A DNA stretch of 23,427 nt from Candidatus Micrarchaeia archaeon (GCA_049964795.1 JBMFWY010000013.1:1-23427); one strand, 5' to 3'. Counted from the stretch's first letter, positions 10,034 through 19,518 are shown. The notes: a model not told the origin generated them from the letters alone. Made by a program: numbers and translations.

Positions 10034-11014
10034 ATGTCTTTTGATTTTAGCCTCAATCTCTGGAACCCCACCAATGTAACAATACTGGAAGCAGTAATAT
10101 TGGCTTATGTTCTCGGCATAGTGCACGGTATAACTCCGGACGAACACACGTGGCCCATAACATTTTCTTACGCGGTAGGGAGCTACAGCGTTAAGGGCGG
10201 GGCAAAGGCCGGCCTCATTTTTTCCACGGGCTTCACGATCCAGAGAGCAATACTTTCCGAAATAGCCTTTTTTGCGCTTGCTGCAATTTTCATGACCAAT
10301 TTTGCATTCGGCATGACCTACATAGTAGTAGGTGTGGCAATGGCCGCAGCTGGCTTTTATATAGCAGAGCGTGGCAATTATCCACATTGGCATTACATAG
10401 AGGAAAAGCTTGGGGTTTTCTTCAGGATTCATAAGAAAGGCAGTAGGGAGCAGGAGAGAGAGTTCGAGCACAAGGTCAATCCAGCGCTCTGCTGCGAAGA
10501 CAAAATCTCCACGAAGCCGGTTCCTGCGAAGCTCGCACTCATACACGGATTTATAGCAGGGTTCGGCTTCGGGGCTTTTGCACTAATAATATATACCGTG
10601 CTCTCCCCTGCAATGCACTCCCCTTGGCTTGGCTGGGTTCCTGGAGCTCTTTTCGGCCTTGGCACTATGACAATGCAGGTCGCTTTCGGCTCAGTTTTCG
10701 GCGGCTACATGCGCAGGATTAAAAAGCTCACTGAGCAAGGGATGAAATTTGTCGCAGTTTCAATCTCAACTTACGTGCTGAAGTATGGCGGTCTGGCCTT
10801 CATAGTGGGAGGAGCGCTTGTGCTGCTGTTTCCGCAAATACTGGGCTTTGCGATAAATACTGGCATAAAGGTGCACAACCTAGATTCCTTGGGCTTGGGA
10901 TTCTTCCTAGTAATAATAAGCGTAGTAGTGATAGGAATCGCAGGCTACTTCAAAGCAATGCGCGATGTTGAAAAGCTAGGTTACATAAAAGCAGCGCAGG
11001 CGCGTGGGTCGTAA
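10034..11014 (+). CDS. Integral membrane protein, putative transition-metal permease (NiCoT/UreH/RcnA-like superfamily)
   Basis: About 8 TM segments. TM1 motif LGIVHGITPDEHTWP resembles the HAxDxDH/HxxxPGH motifs; second repeat LIHGFIAGFG; charged loop with His and CC. Starts 25 nt after the regulator with a GGTGTGA SD. Confidence 0.7.
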   Translation: MSFDFSLNLWNPTNVTILEAVILAYVLGIVHGITPDEHTWPITFSYAVGSYSVKGGAKAGLIFSTGFTIQRAILSEIAFFALAAIFMTNFAFGMTYIVVGVAMAAAGFYIAERGNYPHWHYIEEKLGVFFRIHKKGSREQEREFEHKVNPALCCEDKISTKPVPAKLALIHGFIAGFGFGAFALIIYTVLSPAMHSPWLGWVPGALFGLGTMTMQVAFGSVFGGYMRRIKKLTEQGMKFVAVSISTYVLKYGGLAFIVGGALVLLFPQILGFAINTGIKVHNLDSLGLGFFLVIISVVVIGIAGYFKAMRDVEKLGYIKAAQARGS

Positions 11015-11087
11015 AACCTCCATGCCCTATTTGGGATTTGCGGCATCTTGCAATTCCGCGACACGCCTGCGCTTTGCAAACTGGCGC

Positions 11088-13049
11088 TTAGTGTGCGCTT
11101 TTTGATTTTTCGCGCACGGCTTCCACCGCTTCCTTTCTTCCTTCAGCAGACTTGCTTCCGTTCAAGAGCAGCGAGTACACCATCATGTCTTTCACAGACC
11201 TGAGTAACGCTTCTTCGTTGATGCTCATGAAAAGTCCGCTGCTCGAAATTGGCAGGTTTGGATTCGCTATCGGCATTGCCTTCCTTGACCTTTCCAGCTC
11301 GAGGTATTCCTCCGCGCTTATGAAGCGCCTGCGATCCATTTCGTATCTCCAGTTTGCCCCTATGGCGTGCCGCAATTGCTCTATATTCACCTTCTTTGCC
11401 TTGAGCCATATATTGCTAGAAGTGCTTCCGTAGAAGTCTATAAGCATAGGCTTGTCGTTGTTTGCATTATAGATGCTGCTTGCTATTCCAAGAAGCGCAG
11501 ATCCCGTGTCTATATTGCCGATTTCCTTTGAGAATTCAGTAGCCTCCGCAATGTGTATGCCTTCTGCAAGCTTCTTAAATTCCTCAGTACTCTTCATCGA
11601 AGCGTTGTACGCCATATCCTCCTTTTCAAATGCGCTTATCAAATTGTTGAGCGGCGCTATTATCATATCTACCTCGCTGAGCTTTACAGGCGCATTGCTC
11701 TTTGATAAAGCCTCAAGTCCAGATATTGCGGATGCTATTGCATCTTTTGTTTTGCCACCTATCATATCGCCGTATTTCTGCAACACTTTGCGCATCGCCT
11801 CGGCAGAAAGCCCTGCCTGCTGCGGAAGCGCTTTCTCTACCGCATTTGCATATTTTGAAGCTATCTCCTTCCTTGTATTTTCACTGAAATCCGCATTTTC
11901 AAGCCTGTCAAGCTCCTCCTTTATTATGGTAAATGGAAGATATGCTTCTCCTATGTCATGGAGGAATTCGAACTCCGACTCCAGATTTGTAAAGTTCTCC
12001 AAAAAAGGCTCCTCTATTTTGAGCTGCGATCTTATCGATTCGCTAAGGTATAGATCATTCCTTGCAAGATGCCTCAAGAAGTATGCTATTGAATCTATCG
12101 GCATGTTGGCATAAGGTACATGCATTGCATGATCATACATCGCTATGCCTTCTATGCTGGACGGCGGATTCTCCATCTGCTTAAATATAGCTTTCAAGGC
12201 GTTGTATGCAAGGTAGTGGTACGAATAGTTGGAATGATTGCCAAGCACTATAGGGTCCGTATTTATTATGGAAAGCCCTTCGCCTATATCATATACAACT
12301 TTTTTCAGGAATTCGATGCTGTCTATGTTTGCTTCTCCAAGCAGCTTGGAAGAGATGAAAAGGCCGCCCTTTGCATTTGCTGCCGGCTTTATTATTACGG
12401 CTATTGCGCCCGCTCCGCCTGTCTCGTCTTCAGGCTTCCTCTTCCTGTAGCTGCCGTAGTCGCTTGCTATAAGCAGCTTCACGCTTTTTGGATTCATACC
12501 GTCTTTGGCGTCTTCGTATATCTCCTGGCCCGCAGAATCGCACGCGCTTTGATGCTGATTCGTGTGGACAGCCTTTATGTCCAAATCGCCGCTCGCCCTT
12601 TCATTTATATGCCCTATGTTTATGCCTTGCTTTGCAAGCACATCGCTCGCTGCGTTTACATATTTTATTATCTCCAACATCCTGTTTTTTGAAAGCTCCC
12701 TTGCAGATTCTGTTGCAAAGTCTGCCTCTGTTATTTCATCAAGCGAAATTCCTGGGTTGAATATGACAGCTTTTATTACTGCCATCGCGGCCAAAGAGAT
12801 AGGCGTCTCACCCAATTCAGGCAGCGAGCTGCTTTTCGCTCCAAGCCTTTTGAGTATGTGATCATACTCCCTTTCGGGATCGACGGGCTTGCCATGCCTT
12901 AGTATCGTTTTCGCCTTCTCCTTTGAGCTTATTGCAAGGCTGCCGAATGACATGCCTATTGCGGTTATGGCTATCTTGTACTCCTCTCTATCTTCGCCCT
13001 TTTCCACTTCCCTCAAGAAATCCTTTCGAATTGCATTTTCAGATTCCAT
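11088..13049 (-). CDS. Divergent hydroxymethylglutaryl-CoA synthase-like (thiolase-fold) enzyme with a large insertion
   Basis: HMGS motifs in the expected order: ATESA (Glu114), QSACDSA (Cys170), IASD, ETGGAGAIAVII, PIVLGNHS, MHVPY (His310), EIGNIDTGS (Asn512), FYGS, and RRFISAEEYLEL. Confidence 0.75.
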   Translation of the reverse strand: MESENAIRKDFLREVEKGEDREEYKIAITAIGMSFGSLAISSKEKAKTILRHGKPVDPEREYDHILKRLGAKSSSLPELGETPISLAAMAVIKAVIFNPGISLDEITEADFATESARELSKNRMLEIIKYVNAASDVLAKQGINIGHINERASGDLDIKAVHTNQHQSACDSAGQEIYEDAKDGMNPKSVKLLIASDYGSYRKRKPEDETGGAGAIAVIIKPAANAKGGLFISSKLLGEANIDSIEFLKKVVYDIGEGLSIINTDPIVLGNHSNYSYHYLAYNALKAIFKQMENPPSSIEGIAMYDHAMHVPYANMPIDSIAYFLRHLARNDLYLSESIRSQLKIEEPFLENFTNLESEFEFLHDIGEAYLPFTIIKEELDRLENADFSENTRKEIASKYANAVEKALPQQAGLSAEAMRKVLQKYGDMIGGKTKDAIASAISGLEALSKSNAPVKLSEVDMIIAPLNNLISAFEKEDMAYNASMKSTEEFKKLAEGIHIAEATEFSKEIGNIDTGSALLGIASSIYNANNDKPMLIDFYGSTSSNIWLKAKKVNIEQLRHAIGANWRYEMDRRRFISAEEYLELERSRKAMPIANPNLPISSSGLFMSINEEALLRSVKDMMVYSLLLNGSKSAEGRKEAVEAVREKSKSAH

Positions 13050-13408
13050 CGCATCGCCTTTTGTAGAGCTTCCACACGCAATTTATTTATATGACGATAT
13101 TATGTTCGCTTATTGTCAAATAAAGCGTTTGCGCAAACTAATGGATCAAATCGCCTGGATTCGCAAAGCGCAGGAGCTGCAGGAGTGTCAGCAGGGCAAA
13201 TTATTAATAAGCATCTGCATAATATTATATCGCCAATTTTCTGGCAGCGTCAAGCATTTAGGTGCCCGCGCAATTTTGGCATGAAGCCAAGCTGGTTTCA
13301 AAACTCTTCGAAGCACGAGTATTTTTAAACTTAGGGCGCCAATAATGAATGTGCGGCGCATGCCTTAAACAGGTGCAATCGGTTTGCAATTAATTGCAGG
13401 TGAACATT

Positions 13409-15565
13409 TTGGTAAACGGAATAGAACTTACTGTGGCTGGTGCGGTTGTAACCGACGACGGTCGCGGAATAGCGAGGATAGACTCTAAAGCGCGCAAGAT
13501 GCTAAACGTAATTTCAGGAGACATTATAGAAATAAAAGGAAAGAAGCGATCCACTGCCGCGGTTGTCTGGCAGGCGCATACGCAGGATGAAGGTCTAGAT
13601 TTCATAAGGATAGACGGCTATATAAGGCAAAACATAGGCGTTGGGATAGGCGATAGGGTATTTGTAACGAAAGCCGAAGTCAGCGAGGCGCAGAAGGTTG
13701 TCCTTGCTCCTCCTCCAAACCAGAGAACCCCTATATCGCCAGACTTCGCGGAATACGCTAAAAACAGGCTTGAAGACAGGCCGCTTTCCAAGGGCGACGT
13801 GGTGCCAATACCAATGTTCGGCTACATGTTCAGCTTCATAGTGGCGCAAGTAACTCCGCACGGAATAGTAAAAGTCACAAAGAACACGGAAATGGTGGTA
13901 AAAACGGAGCCTATACCAGAATCGCTAGTAAGGATAGGTGACGTGCACTATGAGGATATAGGAGGGCTGAAGAATGAAAAGGAGAAGATAAGGGAAATGG
14001 TCGAGCTGCCTATAAGGTATCCGGAGCTTTTTGAAAGGCTAGGCATAGATCCGCCGAAAGGAGTTTTGCTGTTCGGTCCGCCTGGCACAGGCAAGACACT
14101 TCTCGCGAAAGCGGTGGCAAGCGAAAGCGATGCGCATTTCATTGACATTTCAGGGCCGCAGCTTGTCAGCAAGTTTGTAGGAGAAAGCGAAGAAAGGCTT
14201 AGGGAGATATTCAACGAAGCGAAGGAAAAGGCGCCTACAATAATATTCATGGACGAGATCGACGCTATAGCGCCGAACAGGGAAGAAGCAACTAACGAAG
14301 TCGAAAGGAGGATGGTTTCGCAGCTTCTTACCCTGCTTGACGGCATGAACTCCAGGGGCCAGGTCATAGTCATAGGCGCGACAAATAGGCCTAACGCTGT
14401 GGACCCTGCGCTGAGAAGGCCTGGAAGGTTTGACAGGGAGATAGAGATCGGCGTGCCTGACAGAAATGCAAGGAAGGAAATACTCCAGATTCATACAAGG
14501 AACATGCCTCTTACTGAAGATGTCAGCATAGATGAGCTTGCAAATATGACCCACGGCTTTACCGGAGCAGATCTCGCGGCGCTCGCGAGAGAAGCCGCAA
14601 TGTCTTCGCTCCGCAGGATAATGCCAAAGATAATAGACAAAAGGTCGATACCGAATGAGATACTTACCACGCTCAGCGTTTCAAGGCAGGACTTCATAGA
14701 CGCATTCAGCACGATACAGCCTAGCGCATTGAGAGAGGTATTCGTAGAAAGGCCCAATGTCCATTGGAGCGACATAGGAGGCTTGGAAAGCGTCAAGAAC
14801 GAGCTTAAAGAGGCGGTAGAGCTTCCTCTCAAGAATCCCGAAGTATTCGAAAAAATAGGCATAAGGCCCATAAAAGGGCTCATACTTGTCGGCCCGCCTG
14901 GCACAGGCAAGACGCTTCTCGCGAAGGCGGTGGCAACAGAAAGGGAGTCGAACTTCATTTCGATAAAGGGGCCGGAGCTGCTAAGCAAGTATGTAGGAGA
15001 AAGCGAAAAGGCCGTCCGCGAGATTTTCAGGAAGGCAAAGCTTGCGGCGCCATGCATAATATTCATGGACGAAATAGACTCAATAGCGAGCACGCGGGGC
15101 AGCAGCGACATGGACTCAATGGTAACCGAAAGGGTGGTAGATACGCTGCTTACGGAGCTTGACGGCTTGCAAGAGCTTAAAAACGTTATAGTCATAGGCG
15201 CGACGAACAGGCCAGATATACTCGATCCTGCGCTCCTTAGACCGGGAAGGTTCGACAAAATCATAGAGATACCAATGCCCGATGCGCAGACCAGATACGA
15301 GATCTTCAAGGTGCACACAAGAAGAATGCCTTTGGCAAAGAATGTCTCGCTCGAGGAGCTTGCGAACCAAACTGAAGGATACACGGGAGCGGAAATAGAG
15401 AACCTTGTCAGGGAAGCAGGCATGTTTGCCATAAGGGCCAACAGGCTCGAGGTTACTAAGCAGGATTTCGAGAATGCAATGCTCGAGGTCAAGCCCGCAG
15501 TGCCGAAAGAGCTTGCCGAAAGGATAAGAAGGTTCAAGGAGGAGCCCCAAAGCATGTACAGGTAA
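13409..15565 (+). CDS. cdc48: VAT/Cdc48 (p97-like) AAA+ ATPase
   Basis: N-domain [10 protein letters not shown]...[10 protein letters not shown], two AAA modules each with [16 protein letters not shown] and [21 protein letters not shown] 13409 chosen because AGGTGA at 13398-13403 is SD-spaced (ORF track start 13394). Confidence 0.96.
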   Translation: MVNGIELTVAGAVVTDDGRGIARIDSKARKMLNVISGDIIEIKGKKRSTAAVVWQAHTQDEGLDFIRIDGYIRQNIGVGIGDRVFVTKAEVSEAQKVVLAPPPNQRTPISPDFAEYAKNRLEDRPLSKGDVVPIPMFGYMFSFIVAQVTPHGIVKVTKNTEMVVKTEPIPESLVRIGDVHYEDIGGLKNEKEKIREMVELPIRYPELFERLGIDPPKGVLLFGPPGTGKTLLAKAVASESDAHFIDISGPQLVSKFVGESEERLREIFNEAKEKAPTIIFMDEIDAIAPNREEATNEVERRMVSQLLTLLDGMNSRGQVIVIGATNRPNAVDPALRRPGRFDREIEIGVPDRNARKEILQIHTRNMPLTEDVSIDELANMTHGFTGADLAALAREAAMSSLRRIMPKIIDKRSIPNEILTTLSVSRQDFIDAFSTIQPSALREVFVERPNVHWSDIGGLESVKNELKEAVELPLKNPEVFEKIGIRPIKGLILVGPPGTGKTLLAKAVATERESNFISIKGPELLSKYVGESEKAVREIFRKAKLAAPCIIFMDEIDSIASTRGSSDMDSMVTERVVDTLLTELDGLQELKNVIVIGATNRPDILDPALLRPGRFDKIIEIPMPDAQTRYEIFKVHTRRMPLAKNVSLEELANQTEGYTGAEIENLVREAGMFAIRANRLEVTKQDFENAMLEVKPAVPKELAERIRRFKEEPQSMYR

Positions 15566-15617
15566 GTGACTATTTTGATGTAATAATGCAAGGCAAAAGT
15601 ATGATTAGGTGTTTTCA

Positions 15618-15998
15618 ATGAAACTGGTATATTCGACAAAAGATGGGAAAAGCACGCAGATAGAGCTTGACGAAGCTTCCAAAAACAGGCTTTTGGGGGT
15701 GAAGATAGGCGAAACGATAGAGGGCGAAAGCGTTGGCGTACCTGGCCATATGCTGAAGATAACAGGAGGAAGCGACAACAGCGGCTTTCCTATGGTCGCC
15801 AACATAGAGGGAAGCAGAAAAATTAGTATACTCAAGACTTTGAAATCTTCATCGCACAAAGGTGAACGCGCCAGGAGAACCATAGTAGGCAACACGATAA
15901 GCGCCACAACGGCACTGGTAAACGCGGTGGTTGTCGAAGAGGCCAAGTCCGAAGGAAAGGAGAGCAACGCCAAAGAGCAAGAGAGTGCAAAGCAGTGA
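15618..15998 (+). CDS. rps6e: 30S ribosomal protein S6e (eS6)
   Basis: MKLVYS...LLGVKIGETIEGESVG...LKITGGSDNSGFPM...GERARRTIVGNTIS. Sits in the usual archaeal position upstream of aIF2-gamma. AGGTG SD before ATG 15618. Confidence 0.93.
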   Translation: MKLVYSTKDGKSTQIELDEASKNRLLGVKIGETIEGESVGVPGHMLKITGGSDNSGFPMVANIEGSRKISILKTLKSSSHKGERARRTIVGNTISATTALVNAVVVEEAKSEGKESNAKEQESAKQ

Positions 15999-16076
15999 AA
16001 GTTCGTGCATAATATTGGTTTTGCAATTTTGGAATGATGCTTTGCAATTAAGAAAGTGGTAATTTTGGAAAATTTT

Positions 16077-17288
16077 ATGAAGCAAGGAGTCTTGAACGTA
16101 GGAACTTTGGGTCACATAGATCACGGCAAGACCACGCTTGTGAAGGCGATAACGCACAAGTGGACGGATGTGCACAGCGAAAGCCTAAAAAGGAACATGA
16201 CCATAAAGCTGGGCTATGCAGATGCAATAATAAGGAAGTGCGAGCAGTGCCAAGGCTCGGAAGCATATACTACTTCTGACAAATGCGGATCTTGCGGCGG
16301 CGAGGCCAAGCCCGTGCTGAGAATTTCGGTGCTAGACGCACCCGGCCACGAAACGCTCATGGCAACAGCGATTGCAGTGGCGAACATGATAAACGCCATA
16401 CTTTTCGTGATAGCCGCCAATGAGCCGTGCCCGATGCAGCAAACCAAAGAGCACCTTATGATCATAAACACCCTTGGCATAAAAGATGCAATAATCGTTC
16501 AGACTAAAGTTGACTTGGTGAGCAAGGAAGCGGCAATGAAGCACTACAAGCAGATAAAGGATTTCATAAAGGGCAGCGTAATAGAAGATGCGCCGATAGT
16601 GCCTGTAGTATCAAGCCACGACATAAACATAGATATAATACTGGAAATGATAGTGAAGATGGCTTCGCAGAGAAATGCAGATACCTCTTCCGAGCCTCTT
16701 ATGTATATAGCAAGATCTTTCGACATAAACAAGCCCGGCAAGGAGATAGGCGACATAAGCGGAGGCGTGATAGGAGGCACCCTTGTGCGCGGCGTGTTCA
16801 AAGTTGGCGACGAGATAGAGATTAGGCCAGGCATAAGCAAATCGCAGGATTCGAAGCGCGAACAGTACGAGCCTGCAATTACCGTAATAAAAGGAATAAG
16901 CAGCGGGGAGGAGAAGCTCGAAGAGGCGCTGCCCGGCGGCTTGATAGGTGTGCTCACGGAGCTCGACCCTGCATTTACAAAAGCAGACTCCATGGTAGGC
17001 AATGTTGCAGGGCATGTAGGGAAGCTTCCGCCAACGTCAAGCACTTTAAACATTAAGTTTCACAAGCTTTCGAGAGACGATCTTCCCGAAAGGGCAATAA
17101 CCGTTAATGAGCCTTTGATACTCAGCATCGCAACCGCCACAGTGGTAGGCAATGTGACGAGGATAAAGAAGGACAGCATAGAAGTTGCATTGAGAAGGCC
17201 GGTCTGCGCCGAGAAAGGCACCAAAGTGGCAGTAATGAGGAATTTCATGCAAAGATGGAAACTTTCAGGCTACGGGGTCATGGAATAA
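16077..17288 (+). CDS. eif2g: Translation initiation factor aIF-2 gamma subunit
   Basis: GHIDHGKT, TIKLGYA, Zn knuckle CEQC...CGSC, DAPGHE, ARSFDINKPG, GGVIGG, GDEIEIRPG and C-terminal RWKLSGYG. Confidence 0.95.
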   Translation: MKQGVLNVGTLGHIDHGKTTLVKAITHKWTDVHSESLKRNMTIKLGYADAIIRKCEQCQGSEAYTTSDKCGSCGGEAKPVLRISVLDAPGHETLMATAIAVANMINAILFVIAANEPCPMQQTKEHLMIINTLGIKDAIIVQTKVDLVSKEAAMKHYKQIKDFIKGSVIEDAPIVPVVSSHDINIDIILEMIVKMASQRNADTSSEPLMYIARSFDINKPGKEIGDISGGVIGGTLVRGVFKVGDEIEIRPGISKSQDSKREQYEPAITVIKGISSGEEKLEEALPGGLIGVLTELDPAFTKADSMVGNVAGHVGKLPPTSSTLNIKFHKLSRDDLPERAITVNEPLILSIATATVVGNVTRIKKDSIEVALRRPVCAEKGTKVAVMRNFMQRWKLSGYGVME

Positions 17289-17371
17289 AGCCACAAACGC
17301 GGAAAAGCTCTGCTGCAAAGCAAAAAGGCATTGCATGATTCTATGGTTGTAAGAGGTGTGAAAAGGAAAGG

Positions 17372-17764
17372 GTGCTTTCAACGAAGGCAAAAACTGCTAT
17401 GGATCTGATGGACAGGAAAGTAGTCGCGCTTTCTCCTGATTCTACAATACTCGTTTCGGCAAGATTGATAGAAACTTCAAGCGTAGAGCTCCTGCCGGTT
17501 GTAGAAGGCGGCAAGCTCATCGGCATAATAGAAGGCTCCGCTATTTTGAATTATACCCTGAAGCATGGCAGGGAGGAGCTCGGCGCGCCGATAAGACCGT
17601 TCATGAAGCCGCCGCTGTTTGTTGAAAAAGACGAGCCAGTAAACAGCGTAGTGGCGAAGATAATAAGCAACAATCTTACGAGAATACCTGTTGTGGACTC
17701 CAAAAAAAGCATGAAGTGCATCGGCATAATAAGCGCTTCCGACCTGCTAAAGGAAATAGGCTAA
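17372..17764 (+). CDS. CBS-domain pair (Bateman module) protein
   Basis: TAMDLMDRKVVALSPD...LPVVEGGKLIGII and IRPFMKPPLFV...RIPVVD...IGIISASDLL. GTG start after AAGGAAAGG. Confidence 0.88.
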   Translation: MLSTKAKTAMDLMDRKVVALSPDSTILVSARLIETSSVELLPVVEGGKLIGIIEGSAILNYTLKHGREELGAPIRPFMKPPLFVEKDEPVNSVVAKIISNNLTRIPVVDSKKSMKCIGIISASDLLKEIG

Positions 17765-17855
17765 TTTGTTTTGCATGCGCTTGTCTTCATTGATCAAGGC
17801 AATGCAATCAGCATGCCAAACGCGTGTGAAAAGCAAGCTAAAAAGCGAAAGCCGC

Positions 17856-17913
17856 GAAAAACAAAACTCAAAAACAAGAAATACAAAGAACAATCAAAAA
17901 GATAAAAACAAAA
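17856..17913 (-). terminator. T-rich terminator region downstream of alba
   Basis: Long A-rich tract on + (repeated TTTT/TTTG runs on -) directly after the alba stop, between convergent genes. Confidence 0.55.
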
Positions 17914-17925
17914 TTAGGAGCAGAT

Positions 17926-18252
17926 TTACTTCGCAAGCGTTATGTGTATAGCGCTTACCTTCGACTTTGTGCCGTCTTCGTTAGTCAGCTCTTCCGAAGA
18001 AGTTACGATGCTCTTTGTCTTTACGTTTGGCAAGAACCTGCTTACTGCTATCTCCTTTATGTCAACAGCCTTGGAGATCGCCTTGCCACGGGCCTTTATC
18101 ACTACCTCGTTGGCTCCGCTGTTGAATTGCGTTACTACAGCGAGAACGTAGTTCATAGTGGATTTTTTGCCAACGTATATAACGTTGTCAGCCCCATCCT
18201 TGTTCCTCACCTCGTTCCTAAATTCATTTTCTGCCTGTGGTGTTTCGTTCAT
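17926..18252 (-). CDS. albA: Chromatin protein Alba (Sac10b family)
   Basis: [22 protein letters not shown]...[16 protein letters not shown]...[13 protein letters not shown] 18252 preceded by AGGTTGGT. Confidence 0.95.
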   Translation of the reverse strand: MNETPQAENEFRNEVRNKDGADNVIYVGKKSTMNYVLAVVTQFNSGANEVVIKARGKAISKAVDIKEIAVSRFLPNVKTKSIVTSSEELTNEDGTKSKVSAIHITLAK

Positions 18253-18403
18253 ATCTACCAACCTGTTATTTCTGGATAACTGTACAATAAAGTCCAACTG
18301 CGCCTAAAAACTCTGCGTGGTTGTCTTGTTATAAGTAGATTCGCGGCAAAACATATATATTAGTTCCTCTCCCCTGCGTCGCTGTGTGCCGCGCCGTTGA
18401 TCA

Positions 18404-19273
18404 TTATTTCCTTTTACTTGCGCTTAGAATTTCGTCTACTTTCTTCTTTACGTTTACTTCTATTCCATGCTCGTTGAGGAATTGCAGAGGATGGGCCAAT
18501 GCAACTGCGATTATAAGCTCTACCTCTTCCGCTATTTTCTCCTTCTTAGCTATGGGCATATAGGCATGCATGGAATCGTAAGCCTTGACAAGCAGCTCTT
18601 CGGAAAGTTCGAGAACCCTCTCTTTGCCTATCTCATTGCTCGCAAGAAGCCTCTCAACCTCTTTCGATTCCCAGCTTTCTATTTCCTCTGACCTGAAGAC
18701 CTTCGCGAAGGAGCGCATAAATTCAGGGGAGGCAGGATAGAACACCTTATAGAATACCATCCCGAAAGTCGCATAGCTCCTTTTCAGTATTACCTCAAGG
18801 GCTATAAGCCTCTCGGGCCATGAGTTTACGGCTTCCAGCGAGTCGAAAACTTCCTTGAGCTCTTGCTTCGGTTCGCCTATCTTGATACCTAGTCCTTCCG
18901 TAAGGTTCTTTATCGCTCGCGCATGTCTTTTGTCATTTTCCGAAATCTTCTGGAAATGTTCTCCATACTCCAAATAATCGTGGCCCGGGGCTACGCTGAG
19001 CCATTCGTCTATTATCCTGGACACCCTGTCCTCCAAATAGAAGAAGGCGCTAAGTATTTCGGAGATCGAGCCTATGTCAAACACATAGTTGTTTGGCAGC
19101 ACCACGCCCTTCTTTGTAACTTCTCCCTTCTTCCTCTTCGTATCGATGAAGCTAAGGCCTTTCTTAACCGCATTTATCGGGTCTTTTTTTACGTAATCGT
19201 AGATGAAAGGCGAGACCCACGGGGGGATGCCGTACCTTTCCATTATTGGACCTATAATATCAAGTTTGCTCAT
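18404..19273 (-). CDS. Ferritin-like superfamily protein (degenerate di-iron motifs)
   Basis: Four-helix pattern FFYLEDRVS, QKISENDKRHARAIKNL, LIALEVIL, KVFRSEE. Start ATG 19273 preferred. Confidence 0.55.
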   Translation of the reverse strand: MSKLDIIGPIMERYGIPPWVSPFIYDYVKKDPINAVKKGLSFIDTKRKKGEVTKKGVVLPNNYVFDIGSISEILSAFFYLEDRVSRIIDEWLSVAPGHDYLEYGEHFQKISENDKRHARAIKNLTEGLGIKIGEPKQELKEVFDSLEAVNSWPERLIALEVILKRSYATFGMVFYKVFYPASPEFMRSFAKVFRSEEIESWESKEVERLLASNEIGKERVLELSEELLVKAYDSMHAYMPIAKKEKIAEEVELIIAVALAHPLQFLNEHGIEVNVKKKVDEILSASKRK

Positions 19274-19518
19274 TCGCATGCACCTTGCATATTGAAAGTC
19301 GCAGGCCAAAACAGCTTAAGCCTAAACCAAAGGAGAAACACGAATTTAAAACAATTCGACTAGCCTGCATGACCCGATTGCATCGACATTTCGCATTATG
19401 CCGTGCAATTTCACAATTTCATGCCCTTTTTTAAGATAAACCTGCAACCATCCTATTTCTCTTTACGCATAAAAGCATTTTAAAACTTTGCTGTTATAGG
19501 TTATAATTGAGTGATTAA

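Noticed and set aside
11473-12692. 213-aa and 190-aa + strand ORFs, and an intein explanation for the HMGS insert
   Set aside because: The ORFs are antisense shadows. The insert has no intein splice-junction or LAGLIDADG motifs.
13050-13400. 350-bp divergent intergenic region as a possible ncRNA or small ORF
   Set aside because: No tRNA, SRP, RNase P or clear C/D-box pattern recognised. It can be explained by two promoters, and the 71-aa ORF has no motif.
14491-15639. 382-aa minus-strand ORF
   Set aside because: In-register antisense of cdc48; S/L/I-rich with no motifs, a common artefact.
17771-17816. Imperfect hairpin after the CBS gene and the 61-aa K/N-rich ORF 17766-17951
   Set aside because: The hairpin has several mismatches, and the ORF merely translates the A-rich alba terminator tract.
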